DNA of 64,000 nt from Symbiobacterium thermophilum IAM 14863 (GCF_000009905.1 NC_006177.1:2984595-3048594); one strand, 5' to 3'; shown: positions 38,699-48,684, counted from the first letter of the stretch. The notes: generated by a model not told the origin, from the sequence alone. Numbers and translations: made by a program.

Positions 38699-41600
38699 CT
38701 ACGAGAAGTACCTGGCGATGATCGCCTCAGCGTCCTTGCTCAGGTTGCCGGACTCAAAGGTCACCACCAGCCTCCCGGGGAAGAAGCGGTCGTACCATTT
38801 CCGCTTCTCTTCCCAGTGCCTGCGGTAGCGCTCGTCGGTAAGCAGACCCACGTGCTCCCAGTACCATTCTTCCCCGTGCCACGTGATTGTAAAGTCCGGC
38901 AGGTAGAAGGTCCCGTCGGGGGCGTAGAGCGGCACTTCGTACTGGAACCGGATGTCCCGCTCGAACAGCATGTTCGCAATGATGACCTCGGACTTGGAGC
39001 GCACCATGATGTCGGCCAGGGTTCGGTGGATCTTGCCTTCCGCGTACCAGTCCGCCCGCTGCTTCAGCGCCTCGGGCACAGGCTGGAACCGGAACAGGGA
39101 GGAATTGATCGTCACCAGGCTCGAGTTCTCCCGGCGGCGCATGCTGAGCAGGGGCGAGATGTCCTCCTCCACCAGCAGGGTGCAGTGGCGACGGGCTCTG
39201 GTGAGTCCGGTGTAGAACAGCTCCGGCGAGAGCAGTGTGCGCCTGTTCTTGGGGACCACAAAATAGACCCGGTCGAACTCGCTGCCTTGAGACTTGTGCA
39301 CGGAGATGGCGTAAGCCAGTTCCAGGTTGTCCTCCACCGGCTCCGCGGGCAGGGGACGCCGGTTCGGGCCGAAGCCGGGATTGCGACCGTAACCCACCCG
39401 GTAAGAGCCTTTCCGGGGGAACACGACCTGAAACCGCTCCAGCGACCTGAGCCGCAGCTTGTCCAGTTTATGAGGATACACAAACCCGAGTTCGCCGTTG
39501 TACACCTCTATCTGTTCCGGCCTCCCCTGGTCTGCGTTCCACGCCCAGATGGGGTTAGACCGCGGGCGGTTCCGGACTTGGATCACCTTGTCATACAGGG
39601 TGACGCCCCCTAGCGTTCCCGGCTCTTCCAACATGCGCTGGTTGGCGCACTGCTGCAGGACGCTGTTCAGGTACTCGGTTCCGACCGTGTCCCCCCGGTA
39701 CGGAGAGAGTACCTGCTGGTACTCCGGCCTGCCGGGCCCCCGGTCCCGGCCGAACGCCGCAGCCCACAGCTCCCAGGGCCTATCCGGATCGTACTTCCTG
39801 CCGGTGTCGGCTTCCATGTCCCGGATGATGCAGTCGATCAGGGCAGCCTCGAGCTCCTCGTAGCCCGACCAGTAGATCACCCGGAGGTCCTTATCGACGT
39901 CGCCGCCTTCCTGGACCCTCCGAAGAATCTCTTCCGCGGCCTCCGTCTCGTCGGCGGAGTCCGTCTCGGCGCAGGGGCGCTGTTGGTACAGCGCCGCGAG
40001 GTCGAGGATGCCAGTCCCCTGGCCCAGCAGCCGGTTCTCCATCTGGCGCAGGTTGGTGGTGAGCATGCCGACGCTCTGATCGAACCCGGCCTCCCGGAGC
40101 CACGCGATCAGGTCCGCGAACACCTTTCCCCGGCCGATCGGTGGCAGCTGGTTGGTGTCCCCAACGAAGATCACACGCTGCACGCTGCCCCAGTGGATGG
40201 CGCGACACAGCGCCGCCACGAGTTCGAGGTTCAGCATCGAGGCTTCGTCGATGATGTAGGTTCGGACCGAGTCCTCCTGCCTACCCCCGCTCCGCTTGAA
40301 CGTCAGGTTGTCGTTGAGCCAGCCCAGCCGGGCGAGGAAGGCATGGACGGTTTCGGCTTCCTTGCCGGTCCGCTCCCGGATCCGGTCGGCGGCCTTGCCG
40401 GTGGGCGCAAGCAACCGGAACGACGAACCCGACCCGTGCGCCTTCTCAATGGCCTGGATCAACGCCCTGATGACCGTCGTCTTGCCGGTGCCTGCCGACC
40501 CCGACAGTACGCACAGCGGGCGGACGAAGATCTTCTGGCACACCTCGACCTGGCTTTGGATCGCGGCCTCGTATTCGCCGGCGTCGAGCCTGCAGAGCGG
40601 ACTGTGCGGATCGTACAGGAACGCGCGCCAGTGCTGGGCCGTTACCGGCGACCTAAGGGAAATGTCCGGCCGGCGGACCAAGCCGAGGATCGTCTCCTCC
40701 ACCAGCCGCTCGTCCTCGTACACGGTCCGGAGGTAGAGGTACGGCTTTCCGTCGTGTTCCCGAACGACCAGGGCGGCCGCCAGCTCTTCCCGGTAAGCGC
40801 GCAGGTAGCCCTCGGAGAAGTGCGTCCGCTTCCACTCCGGTAGGGGATCCAGGCGGCGGTTGACCCGCTCCAGCACCTCCGCGGCCGGCAGGAAGGTGCT
40901 GCGCGTCTCCCGCTTCAAATGCTCGACGCACAGGGCCCGCAGCCTCCGCCAGTCGTCAACCTCCGCCAGCGGTGCGCCGCCGAGGTGCGGCGACGGCAGC
41001 ATCCCGTGGTCGATTTTGTGGAACGAGATCGTGTCGTCCTGGTCCTCCCCGACGAACTCCTCCGCGAGGATGTACGGGTTGGCCGCGATCTCCCGCAGGG
41101 ACGACCGGATGCCGTACGCCTCCCGGTCGTCCGCCAGGATCCGCTCCAGTTGGTCTTCCCGAAGGTCGAAGCGCGGGAACACCTCCCGCAGCAGATGCCG
41201 CTGGTCGTCGTTGTAAAGCAGCCACCGCTTGCGAACGCCGGCGATCTCGTTCGGGGCGAGCGTCAGGCCGGGCACAGCCGAGGCATTTCCGTCCAGGAAG
41301 TCGAACAGAAGGTCCCGGGCCGCCGCCTCGCGTCCGCTCCCTACCTGCACCTTGAACCACGGGATGGCCTGGGTGAAGCGGATTAGCTTCAGCACCGCGG
41401 GAAGGCCGGGGTAGAGCCCCCGCTCCCTCCACAGCTCCGCGATCAGGCCCTGCAGCCACGCAATGCGCCGTGGCCAGTCCTCGGTCTGGTCGCCGATCTC
41501 CTGCAAGGTCGTCGCCACTTCGAGGAAGCGCTCCACCAGTACCAGTGCGTCGTCGTCCGAAATGTGCCGCGTTCCATATTTGAAGTTGCGCGGGTTGTCC

Positions 41601-42289
41601 GGGAACAGGGCGATGCGGTGAAGGACTTCGGGCCGGTCCATGTACACGTGGTACGGGATTCGCATCCCCTCGTCCGGATAGTGTGAGGTCACGGCGCGCT
41701 GCCAGACGTACCCGCCCCAACGCTCCCGCGTCTCGCGGCTCACGTTCCGGTACACCAGCTCGGGGCCGACCGCCTTCACCCGGGAGAGACCCACCAGAAC
41801 GTATCGCCGCTGCTCGTCGTCGCTGAATGGGTTGCTGTAGTTTGCATAGTAGAAGATTAAGCTCTTGCTCTCCTGGATCTCCTCGAAGTACCGACGCGCC
41901 TTCTCCCGCCGCAGCTCGTAGTTGAAGCCGCCGTTGGGCTGGCGTACGTCGTCTTCATACATCAGTTCATACGGCCAGATGCAGACCGTGGACGGCGGCA
42001 TCTCCCATTCGACTCTGTCCTCATCGTGGAACCACTCCGGCGTGACGGCATACGCCGTGGTGGTCTCGGAACCGAAGGCGTTCACGCTGTACATACAGGG
42101 CGGAATAACGTCCTTGGTGCAGGTGCAGCCGCGATGGGCCTGCTCCCACGGCAGGTCCCGCTGCTCGGCGATCATCGTGCCCGGGTACGAATAGGGGCCG
42201 ATGCAGTACGTGTTGGCCTCGGGCCGCGAGCAGATGCGCCCGTTCCATCCGTCCAGATGCCAGGCCACGCGGGCAGAAATGTGAACCAT
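38699..42289 (-). CDS. 1196-aa multidomain protein: unknown Cys/Trp-rich N-terminal domain + RecD2-like SF1 helicase + C-terminal PD-(D/E)xK (Vsr/DUF559-like) nuclease; candidate defence/DNA-processing protein
   Basis: Walker A GSAGTGKTT, Walker B YIIDEASM, VGDTNQLPPIGRG, YAISVHKSQGSEFDRVYFVV, LFYTGLTRARRHCTLL. RecD2-like N-terminal segment IAANPYILAEEFVG. C-terminal IIANMLFERDIRFQYEVPLY...YLPDFTI...EEWYWEHVG. ATG (MVHISA) after GGTGGGAG. Confidence 0.6.
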   Translation of the reverse strand: MVHISARVAWHLDGWNGRICSRPEANTYCIGPYSYPGTMIAEQRDLPWEQAHRGCTCTKDVIPPCMYSVNAFGSETTTAYAVTPEWFHDEDRVEWEMPPSTVCIWPYELMYEDDVRQPNGGFNYELRREKARRYFEEIQESKSLIFYYANYSNPFSDDEQRRYVLVGLSRVKAVGPELVYRNVSRETRERWGGYVWQRAVTSHYPDEGMRIPYHVYMDRPEVLHRIALFPDNPRNFKYGTRHISDDDALVLVERFLEVATTLQEIGDQTEDWPRRIAWLQGLIAELWRERGLYPGLPAVLKLIRFTQAIPWFKVQVGSGREAAARDLLFDFLDGNASAVPGLTLAPNEIAGVRKRWLLYNDDQRHLLREVFPRFDLREDQLERILADDREAYGIRSSLREIAANPYILAEEFVGEDQDDTISFHKIDHGMLPSPHLGGAPLAEVDDWRRLRALCVEHLKRETRSTFLPAAEVLERVNRRLDPLPEWKRTHFSEGYLRAYREELAAALVVREHDGKPYLYLRTVYEDERLVEETILGLVRRPDISLRSPVTAQHWRAFLYDPHSPLCRLDAGEYEAAIQSQVEVCQKIFVRPLCVLSGSAGTGKTTVIRALIQAIEKAHGSGSSFRLLAPTGKAADRIRERTGKEAETVHAFLARLGWLNDNLTFKRSGGRQEDSVRTYIIDEASMLNLELVAALCRAIHWGSVQRVIFVGDTNQLPPIGRGKVFADLIAWLREAGFDQSVGMLTTNLRQMENRLLGQGTGILDLAALYQQRPCAETDSADETEAAEEILRRVQEGGDVDKDLRVIYWSGYEELEAALIDCIIRDMEADTGRKYDPDRPWELWAAAFGRDRGPGRPEYQQVLSPYRGDTVGTEYLNSVLQQCANQRMLEEPGTLGGVTLYDKVIQVRNRPRSNPIWAWNADQGRPEQIEVYNGELGFVYPHKLDKLRLRSLERFQVVFPRKGSYRVGYGRNPGFGPNRRPLPAEPVEDNLELAYAISVHKSQGSEFDRVYFVVPKNRRTLLSPELFYTGLTRARRHCTLLVEEDISPLLSMRRRENSSLVTINSSLFRFQPVPEALKQRADWYAEGKIHRTLADIMVRSKSEVIIANMLFERDIRFQYEVPLYAPDGTFYLPDFTITWHGEEWYWEHVGLLTDERYRRHWEEKRKWYDRFFPGRLVVTFESGNLSKDAEAIIARYFS

Positions 42290-42366
42290 GCAACCAACTC
42301 CCACCCTTCCCGACCCAGGGTCGTCTTGCCACAGACATTTCCAGCCTGCGTCCGGAATTCCCTGCC

Positions 42367-42828
42367 TCAGTCCCGCCCCCCGAACCGCGCCTTCAGCCGC
42401 TCCACTTCGGCGGCCTCCAGGCGGCGGAACAGCGGCGGGATGAGCTGGAACTGCCTGCCCGGAGCCAGCGCAGACAGGTCGACGCACCGCTGCAGGGGGA
42501 CCTTCCGTTCATCCGGCGTCAACTGCAGGGCGTCGAACACCCTCTGGGCGGTGAAGGGGAGGATCGGCTCCGCCGCAAGCGCGAAGATGCGGACCAGGTT
42601 CAGCGCGGTGCGCAGGACCATGGCCCCCGCCTCCCGGTCCTCCTTCACCAGGTTCCAGGGGGCCCGGTCCTCTAGGTAGCGGTTGCCCAGGGTGCAGAGC
42701 CGACGCATCGCCTGCACGGCCTTGCGGAACTCCACGCTCCGCAGGTGCGACCGGTACTCCCCGACGGCCGCGGCGCACTCCCGGGCCAGCGCCTGCTCCC
42801 GCTCCCCGGGCTCGCCGCCGGCCGGCAC
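42367..42828 (-). pseudogene. metG: 3' remnant (C-terminal about 150 codons) of a methionyl-tRNA synthetase gene, truncated at the IS left end
   Basis: NRYLEDRAPWNLVKEDRE and the C-terminal ...IPPLFRRLE match the MetRS anticodon-binding/C-terminal region. In-frame upstream sequence runs straight into the IS inverted repeat, where a TGA occurs. Confidence 0.5.
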
Positions 42829-42834
42829 GTAGCT

Positions 42835-44545
42835 GTCAAGTCAAAGTGGGGTAAGCGTCCTCTCCCTGAGTATGCGTTCAGCAATTGCGAAGGCAAATAT
42901 CGAAGCACAGTGCGCCCCTGGACAAACCCTCCTGCGCTTTCTACGCACTCGCCTGCCGCGTGGGGATCATGCGGCTGCGCCACGGAGCCGGCTGTCCGCG
43001 GGAGATGAGTTCTGAGGTCGGCACGGCCTGCGCCAGACGCTTCAATCGCCGGCCCAGTTCGCTGTTTCCTGCCGCGCTCGCCAACAGAGGCAGCCGTGCC
43101 GCCAACCAGCCTGCAGGGTCCGTCGTGGCCAATCTCTCGATGACCCGGCACGGACCATGGCGCCGGTCGACAGCCTTCGCCTCGGGCCAGCGCCGCTTCT
43201 GCCATCCGCCCAGCCAGTGCTTGAGCTGCCCTTCGGCCTCCAGAGAGCGAATCTGCGCCATGTGGTGCGCCCCGCTCGTTCCCCAGCTCATCCCCTTCTT
43301 TGTCATCCGCACCGCAAGGACATGGTTAATCTCGGCCTCCGCCGCACCGAGACCTCTCGCGCCTTCAGGCGCAGGCTTTGGGCCGCCACGCCAATCCAAC
43401 AACCCGTCCCAGTTCGCCTTCAGGTAGCGCCGCAGTTCCTTCACTCACTTTACCTGGTCCTCGCCCCGGGCCACAGCCACCGCCTCGTTCAACACTCGCC
43501 CAAGACCCTTCAGGTCCCCGCTGCGCACCGCATTCAGCGCTCGCCTGACCAGATCCGGCGCAAAGCCCAGCGCCTCTTGAATTGCCCGATTCCGGTGGAA
43601 CGGGTCCAGGTACAGTTCTACGTTCGAAAAGTGCTTTCGCGCTTCCTTGATCCACTCCGCTCCATCGCCATTTACGATCACCCGTCCCACCTTCTCCGGG
43701 TCGTACCGTTGCGCAAAGCAGATATCCCCACGCTCCCAAAACGCCTCTGCCTGCATGTACCCGGCCCAGACCGCCTTGTTCATTAACCGGAACCGCTCGC
43801 CTGCCGGGCTCTCGGCCTCCCATCCCTCGTGCATCACGGCCAGCTTCAACTCCGCCACTCTCTGGCGTTCCCGCTGCAGGGGAATGTACATGCCGTCTGC
43901 CTCGATCACCACCATCTCAGCGCCACGGCCTTCGCTCTCAGGTGCCTGACCCCGTTCAAAAACCGCCTGCACCTCTTCACGAAACTGCCGATCCCGCTCC
44001 TGTCCCGCCTCCTGCAGCCACCGGTGCACCTCCTGGTGGCTGACAGGTACCCTCAGGTGTTCCCGCAGCACAGTCGCCGCCTCGCGAAACGACATCCTGG
44101 CCGCCAGCTCCACCGCCAGTTCCTGCACCAGCGGGCAGAAGCGCTCCTCCGGCAATAGCCCCAGCATCTCGTCCAGCGGATAGCGGTATGCCCAGCTGCC
44201 GTCCGGTCGCCGCTGTCGGTAGCCACGGGGCCGAAACCGGATCTCCATCCCGAAGAGGCTGACCAGCGTCCGCTCACGCGGCCCGATCGATTCCCACCCC
44301 TTCAAGCTCTCCTCTCGCTCCCGCTGGTTCTCTATCTCGGCCAGCACCGTCTCAACCTGCTGGCAGAAATCCGCCGCCAGCTTCTCCAACAGCCACTGAA
44401 CAAGATCCTTGAAGGACGTCACAGAATCCGCTACCTTGAACATAGGACCTCCCCCCGGAATCCTTCGGGATTCTGAGTGTGTCGCCACTCAGGGGAGGTC
44501 TTTACTATTTCACGTTCGCTGATCCTGCTTGCCCCAATTTGATGT
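42835..44545 (-). mobile_element. ISLre2-family-like insertion sequence (about 1.7 kb)
   Basis: Imperfect terminal inverted repeats TCAAAGTGGGGTAAGCG (left) and TCAAATTGGGGCAAGCAG (right, reverse complement); internal UPF0236-type transposase. Confidence 0.6.
42941..44443 (-). CDS. ISLre2/UPF0236-family transposase interrupted by one in-frame TGA (43445-43447)
   Basis: A 333-aa N-part (starting MFKVADSV after GGGGGGAGG) and a 167-aa C-part are contiguous in the same frame, separated by TGA only. Confidence 0.55.
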
Positions 44546-44837
44546 TACTCATAGGGCGGCGTAGCCGGTGCCGCCCCGGGCCGTGCGGTCTATCGTGTCT
44601 GCCAGAGAACGGGGCAGGAGGATCGTCCAGCACCGGATCGGCGGCGGACTCGTCTGAACTGGGGGAGGCTCCATCGGCGCCTGTGCGGACCAACATCCTC
44701 GGGGCGCCGTCCCCGATGTGCAGCGTCGCCTCGGCCCCTCCTCTCGATCTGGGCCTGGAACAAAGCTGCCGGCAAAGCGGGGCACGCTTCCCAACCGAAC
44801 CGCAGGGGGCTGCGGTCGACAGCAGGGAGGAACGGGG

Positions 44838-45578
44838 ATGGAGAAAGGGCAGATCCGCCAGTGGGTGTGGGATGAACTGACCCGTCGCGGCCAGGCGGCC
44901 TTTCCGAAGCCGGTCCACGGGCGGATCCCCAACTTTGTGGGCAGCGCGGCCGCTGCAGCGCGGCTGCGGGAGCTGGAGGTCTACAGGCAGGCCAGGGTCG
45001 TCAAGGTCGGGCCGGACTCCCCGCTCCACCCCATCCGGGCGATGGTCCTGCGGGACGGCAAGAAGCTCTACATGCCGACGCCGCGGCTGACGGCCGGCTT
45101 TGTCGTCCTGGAGGGCGTAGAACCCGGACGGGAGCGGGAGGCGACCAGCCTGACCAACTTCCGTCGCTTCGGCCGGGAGGTGCGGCTGGAGGAGATCGAC
45201 CCGATCGATCTCGTCGTCGCCGGGACGGTGGCCGTCAGCCAGTCCACGGGGGTGCGGATCGGGAAGGGGGCCGGGTACGGCGACATGGAGTTCGCCCTGC
45301 TCTGCCGGCTGGGCAAGCTCCGGCCCGACACCCCGGTGGTGACCGCCGTCCACGATCTCCAGGTGGTGGATGCGCCGGACCACCCGCTGGGGGTGGAGCT
45401 GCCGTGGGACCCCCACGACATCTCGGTCGACTACATCGTCACCCCCACCCGGACCATTGCCGTGCGCCGGGCTCACCCGCAGCCGACCGAAATCGACTGG
45501 TCGCTCCTGGAGCCGGAGCGGCTCCGCGCGCTTCAGCCCTTGCTCGAGTTGCGGCGGATGCAGGGCGGCAACCCGTAA
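44838..45578 (+). CDS. 5-formyltetrahydrofolate cyclo-ligase family protein
   Basis: GKGAGYGD motif and family-length sequence; ATG after GGGAGGAACGGGG. Confidence 0.6.
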   Translation: MEKGQIRQWVWDELTRRGQAAFPKPVHGRIPNFVGSAAAAARLRELEVYRQARVVKVGPDSPLHPIRAMVLRDGKKLYMPTPRLTAGFVVLEGVEPGREREATSLTNFRRFGREVRLEEIDPIDLVVAGTVAVSQSTGVRIGKGAGYGDMEFALLCRLGKLRPDTPVVTAVHDLQVVDAPDHPLGVELPWDPHDISVDYIVTPTRTIAVRRAHPQPTEIDWSLLEPERLRALQPLLELRRMQGGNP

Positions 45579-45738
45579 CCGGGTCCCATCCCCTTGCGCA
45601 CGGGACCCGCGCGGGCAGACTGAACGATGCGGTCCTACCTTCGCCGGGCCGCCGGACGTTCCCTGGAGCACAGCTTGTCCGTGAAAACGCTCCCCAGCAA
45701 CCGCCACAGAAGCCCGATCGGCCGAGGTGACCTCACCG

Positions 45739-46920
45739 ATGCAGTCGCTGCTCCTCTTCGGGCTGGCCATCCTCCTCTTCGGCGCCAGCCTGGCCAAGCT
45801 TCTGGAAGGGCTTTACGCCATCCGGGCGGTACCCAGCCTGGCCCATGAGGTGCCCCCGAACGCCTCCCTGGGACCCAACCCGCCGCCCCGGGTCTCTGCG
45901 ATCGTTCCGGCATGCAACGAGGCCCGGTCCATCGAGAGCGCCGTCCGCTCCCTGATCCGCCAGGACTACCCGAATCTGGAGGTGGTGCTGGTCAACGACC
46001 GCTCCACCGATGGGACCGGCGCGATCATGGACCGGCTTGCCAGGGAGTTTCCGCAGGTGACGGTGGTCCACATCGACCGCCTCCCCGCGGGATGGCTGGG
46101 GAAGAATCACGCCCTCTGGGTGGGCGCCCGGCACGCCTCGGGCGAGATCCTCCTCTTCACCGACGCCGACGTTCACTATGACCCGACCACCGTCAGGCGG
46201 GCGGTCGCCTTTATGGAGCAGCGCCGGCTCGATCATCTGACCCTCGCCCCTGATCTGACGGTCCGGGGCTATTGGCTGGAGGCCTGGGTCGGCTTCTTCG
46301 TCATGGCCTTCCTCGCCTACAAGACCCCGTATCGGGCCAATGACCCGCGCTCGAAGGTCGGCACGGGGATCGGCGCCTTCAACATGATCCGGCGGACGGC
46401 CTACGAGGCGATCGGCACGCACCGGGCGATCTCGCTCCGCCCCGATGACGACCTGCGCCTCGGGCAGCGGCTGAAGCGGATGGGGCACTCGTCCCACGTG
46501 GCCATGGGCCGGGGGCTGGTCTCCGTCGAGTGGTACACCTCGCTGCGGGAGGCGATACGCGGGCTGGAGAAGAACGCCTTCGCAGGCTTGGAGTACAACC
46601 TCGGCACGGTCTTCGCCTCCGTGGTGGGCATCCTGGCGATCATGGTCTGGCCGTACGTTGCGCTCTTCCTCACCGAGGGCTGGACCCTCGGCCTCTACGC
46701 CGGAGCCATCCTGCTGCAGCTGGCGCTCTACGTCCTGGCAAACGGAGCGGGTGGGCCCCGGATGTGCCAGCTCGCCCTGGCGTACCCCGTTGCAGCGCTC
46801 CTCTTTGCCTATGCCATCGCCCGCGCTACCTACCTCACCCTGCGCCGGGGCGGCATCGCCTGGCGGGGAACCTTCTACCCGCTGGCGCTGCTGCGGAGCC
46901 AGAGCGGGCTCCCGGACTAG
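45739..46920 (+). CDS. Family-2 glycosyltransferase, membrane-anchored
   Basis: GT2 motifs (VSAIVPACNE, VVLVNDRSTDGT, DAD) and C-terminal TM helices. Confidence 0.7.
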   Translation: MQSLLLFGLAILLFGASLAKLLEGLYAIRAVPSLAHEVPPNASLGPNPPPRVSAIVPACNEARSIESAVRSLIRQDYPNLEVVLVNDRSTDGTGAIMDRLAREFPQVTVVHIDRLPAGWLGKNHALWVGARHASGEILLFTDADVHYDPTTVRRAVAFMEQRRLDHLTLAPDLTVRGYWLEAWVGFFVMAFLAYKTPYRANDPRSKVGTGIGAFNMIRRTAYEAIGTHRAISLRPDDDLRLGQRLKRMGHSSHVAMGRGLVSVEWYTSLREAIRGLEKNAFAGLEYNLGTVFASVVGILAIMVWPYVALFLTEGWTLGLYAGAILLQLALYVLANGAGGPRMCQLALAYPVAALLFAYAIARATYLTLRRGGIAWRGTFYPLALLRSQSGLPD

Positions 46921-46945
46921 CGGCCGTTTCCGGTCAGGCTGTAGA

Positions 46946-46977
46946 TAAGAACGGGCACCCCATCGCGGGTGCCCGTT
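46946..46977. terminator. Bidirectional hairpin terminator
   Basis: AACGGGCACCC-catcgc-GGGTGCCCGTT with T-rich flanks on both strands. Confidence 0.5.
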
Positions 46978-47298
46978 GTTGATCACACGACGGTGGTACA
47001 AGCCTGAGTTATCGGCGGTGAACCAGTGAAGCTGGAACTCACGCCTGGGTCCCGCAGCTACTCTGCTTTCTTCATCCTAACCAGGTTTCCCAGCACCATC
47101 GCGGCCTCGGCGCGGGTAACGGGCTGGTCGGCGGCGAAGGCGGCGCGGGCCGGTGCCTTCCACAATACCCCGGGCAGCCAGTTCCACCACGGCGTCGCAC
47201 CAGGGCGTGCCGGCGCAGACGTCTGCGCAGGTGAACGCGGTGCTACGTGAGCATGAACAAGCGATCGTGTCTCGGCGCCTTGGCAGGGCACAGGGGGG

Positions 47299-48684
47299 CT
47301 ATCCCTCCCTCTCCACCCGCGCGACGCACTCCACGTGCGCCGTGTGCGGGAACATATCCACCGGCTGCACCTCGACGGTGCGGTACCCCATCTCCGCCAG
47401 CCGGCCCAGGTCCCGGGCGAGGCTGGCGGGGTTGCACGACACGTAGACCACCCGCCGCGGCGCCACCTGCGCGATCGCCTCCAGCACCGGCCCGTCGCAG
47501 CCCTTGCGGGGCGGGTCCAGCACGATCACGTCCGCCCGCACCCCCTCCGCCGCCAGCCGGGGCATCTCCACCGCCGCGTCGCCGGCGATGAACCGCACGT
47601 TCCCGATGCCATTGCGGGCCGCGTTCTCCCGGGCGTCCGCCACCGCCTCCTCCACCCACTCGATGCCGACGACCTCCCGGCACCGGCGCGCCAGGAACAG
47701 CGAGATCGTGCCGATGCCGCAGTAGAGGTCGATCACCGTCTCCGAACCGGTGAGGCCGGCGTACTCCAGGGCCTTGTCGTACAGCACCTCGGTCTGCGCC
47801 GGGTTCACCTGGAAGAAGGAGACGGGGGAGATGCTGAACTGCAGGTCGCCGATGTAGTCGGTGATCGCATCCCGCCCCGCGAGCACGCGGCTCTCCCGGC
47901 CCAGCACCACGTTGGTGCGGGCCGGGTTGATGTTCTGCACCACGCTGACCAGCTCGGGGATGCGGGTCATCAGCTCCCGGGCGATGTCCTTGCCGCGGGG
48001 CAGATGCGGGCCGTTGGTCACCAGCACCGCCATCGCCTCGCCGGTCCCCCGGCCCACCCGTGCGAGCACGTGGCGCAGGACGCCGGTGTGGCTGCGCTCA
48101 TCGTAGATCGGCACGCCGAACCGCCCGGCCAGCTCCTTCACCTCGGCCATGATCCGGTTGGCCAGCGGGTGCTGGATGGCGCACCGCTCGATGTCCACGA
48201 TGCGGTGGCTGCCCGGGGCGAAGAAACCGGCGATCACCCGGCCGGAGCGCCGTCCCACCGGGAACTGCGCCTTGTTGCGGTACCCCCAGGGATCCGCCAT
48301 GCCCAGGGTCGGGTGCACCGTCACCCCACTCAGCCTCCCCAGCCGCTCCACGGCGTCGACCACCTGCTGCCGCTTCAGCCCGAGCTGCGCCTCGTAGGCG
48401 ATGTGCTGCAGCTGGCACCCGCCGCACTTCCCCACCACCGGGCAGGGCGGAGCCACCCGGTCCGGCGACGGCTCCTCCACCCGCACCAGCGCCGCCCGGG
48501 CGTAGTTCCGCTTCACCTCCTGCACGCGCGCGGACAGGCGGTCGCCGGGGGCGCCGCCGGGGATAAATACGGTCAGTCCCTCATAGCGGGCCACGCCCTC
48601 GCCGCTGCTGCCGAGGCCGTGGACCGTCACCTCGATCTCCTGCCCCGGGCGAACCGGGGGCTTCTGCGTCTCCTGCATGCTCAT
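47299..48684 (-). CDS. rlmD: 23S rRNA (uracil-C5)-methyltransferase RlmD/RumA (TRAM + 4Fe-4S + MTase)
   Basis: TRAM domain; Cys cluster CPVVGKCGGCQ; SAM motifs DLYCGIGT, DPPRKG; nucleophile Cys (VYVSCNP). Confidence 0.8.
   Translation of the reverse strand: MSMQETQKPPVRPGQEIEVTVHGLGSSGEGVARYEGLTVFIPGGAPGDRLSARVQEVKRNYARAALVRVEEPSPDRVAPPCPVVGKCGGCQLQHIAYEAQLGLKRQQVVDAVERLGRLSGVTVHPTLGMADPWGYRNKAQFPVGRRSGRVIAGFFAPGSHRIVDIERCAIQHPLANRIMAEVKELAGRFGVPIYDERSHTGVLRHVLARVGRGTGEAMAVLVTNGPHLPRGKDIARELMTRIPELVSVVQNINPARTNVVLGRESRVLAGRDAITDYIGDLQFSISPVSFFQVNPAQTEVLYDKALEYAGLTGSETVIDLYCGIGTISLFLARRCREVVGIEWVEEAVADARENAARNGIGNVRFIAGDAAVEMPRLAAEGVRADVIVLDPPRKGCDGPVLEAIAQVAPRRVVYVSCNPASLARDLGRLAEMGYRTVEVQPVDMFPHTAHVECVARVEREG

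Noticed and set aside
42367-42828. MetRS-like ORF as an intact stand-alone gene
   Set aside because: Its frame runs open into the IS terminal repeat and it corresponds only to the C-terminal region of MetRS. A truncated remnant is the more economical explanation, though expression as a fragment is not excluded.
44505-47001. Minus-strand ORFs 44505..45797 and 45733..47001
   Set aside because: Antisense to the 5-FCL-like and GT2 genes, which have clear motifs and SD sites.
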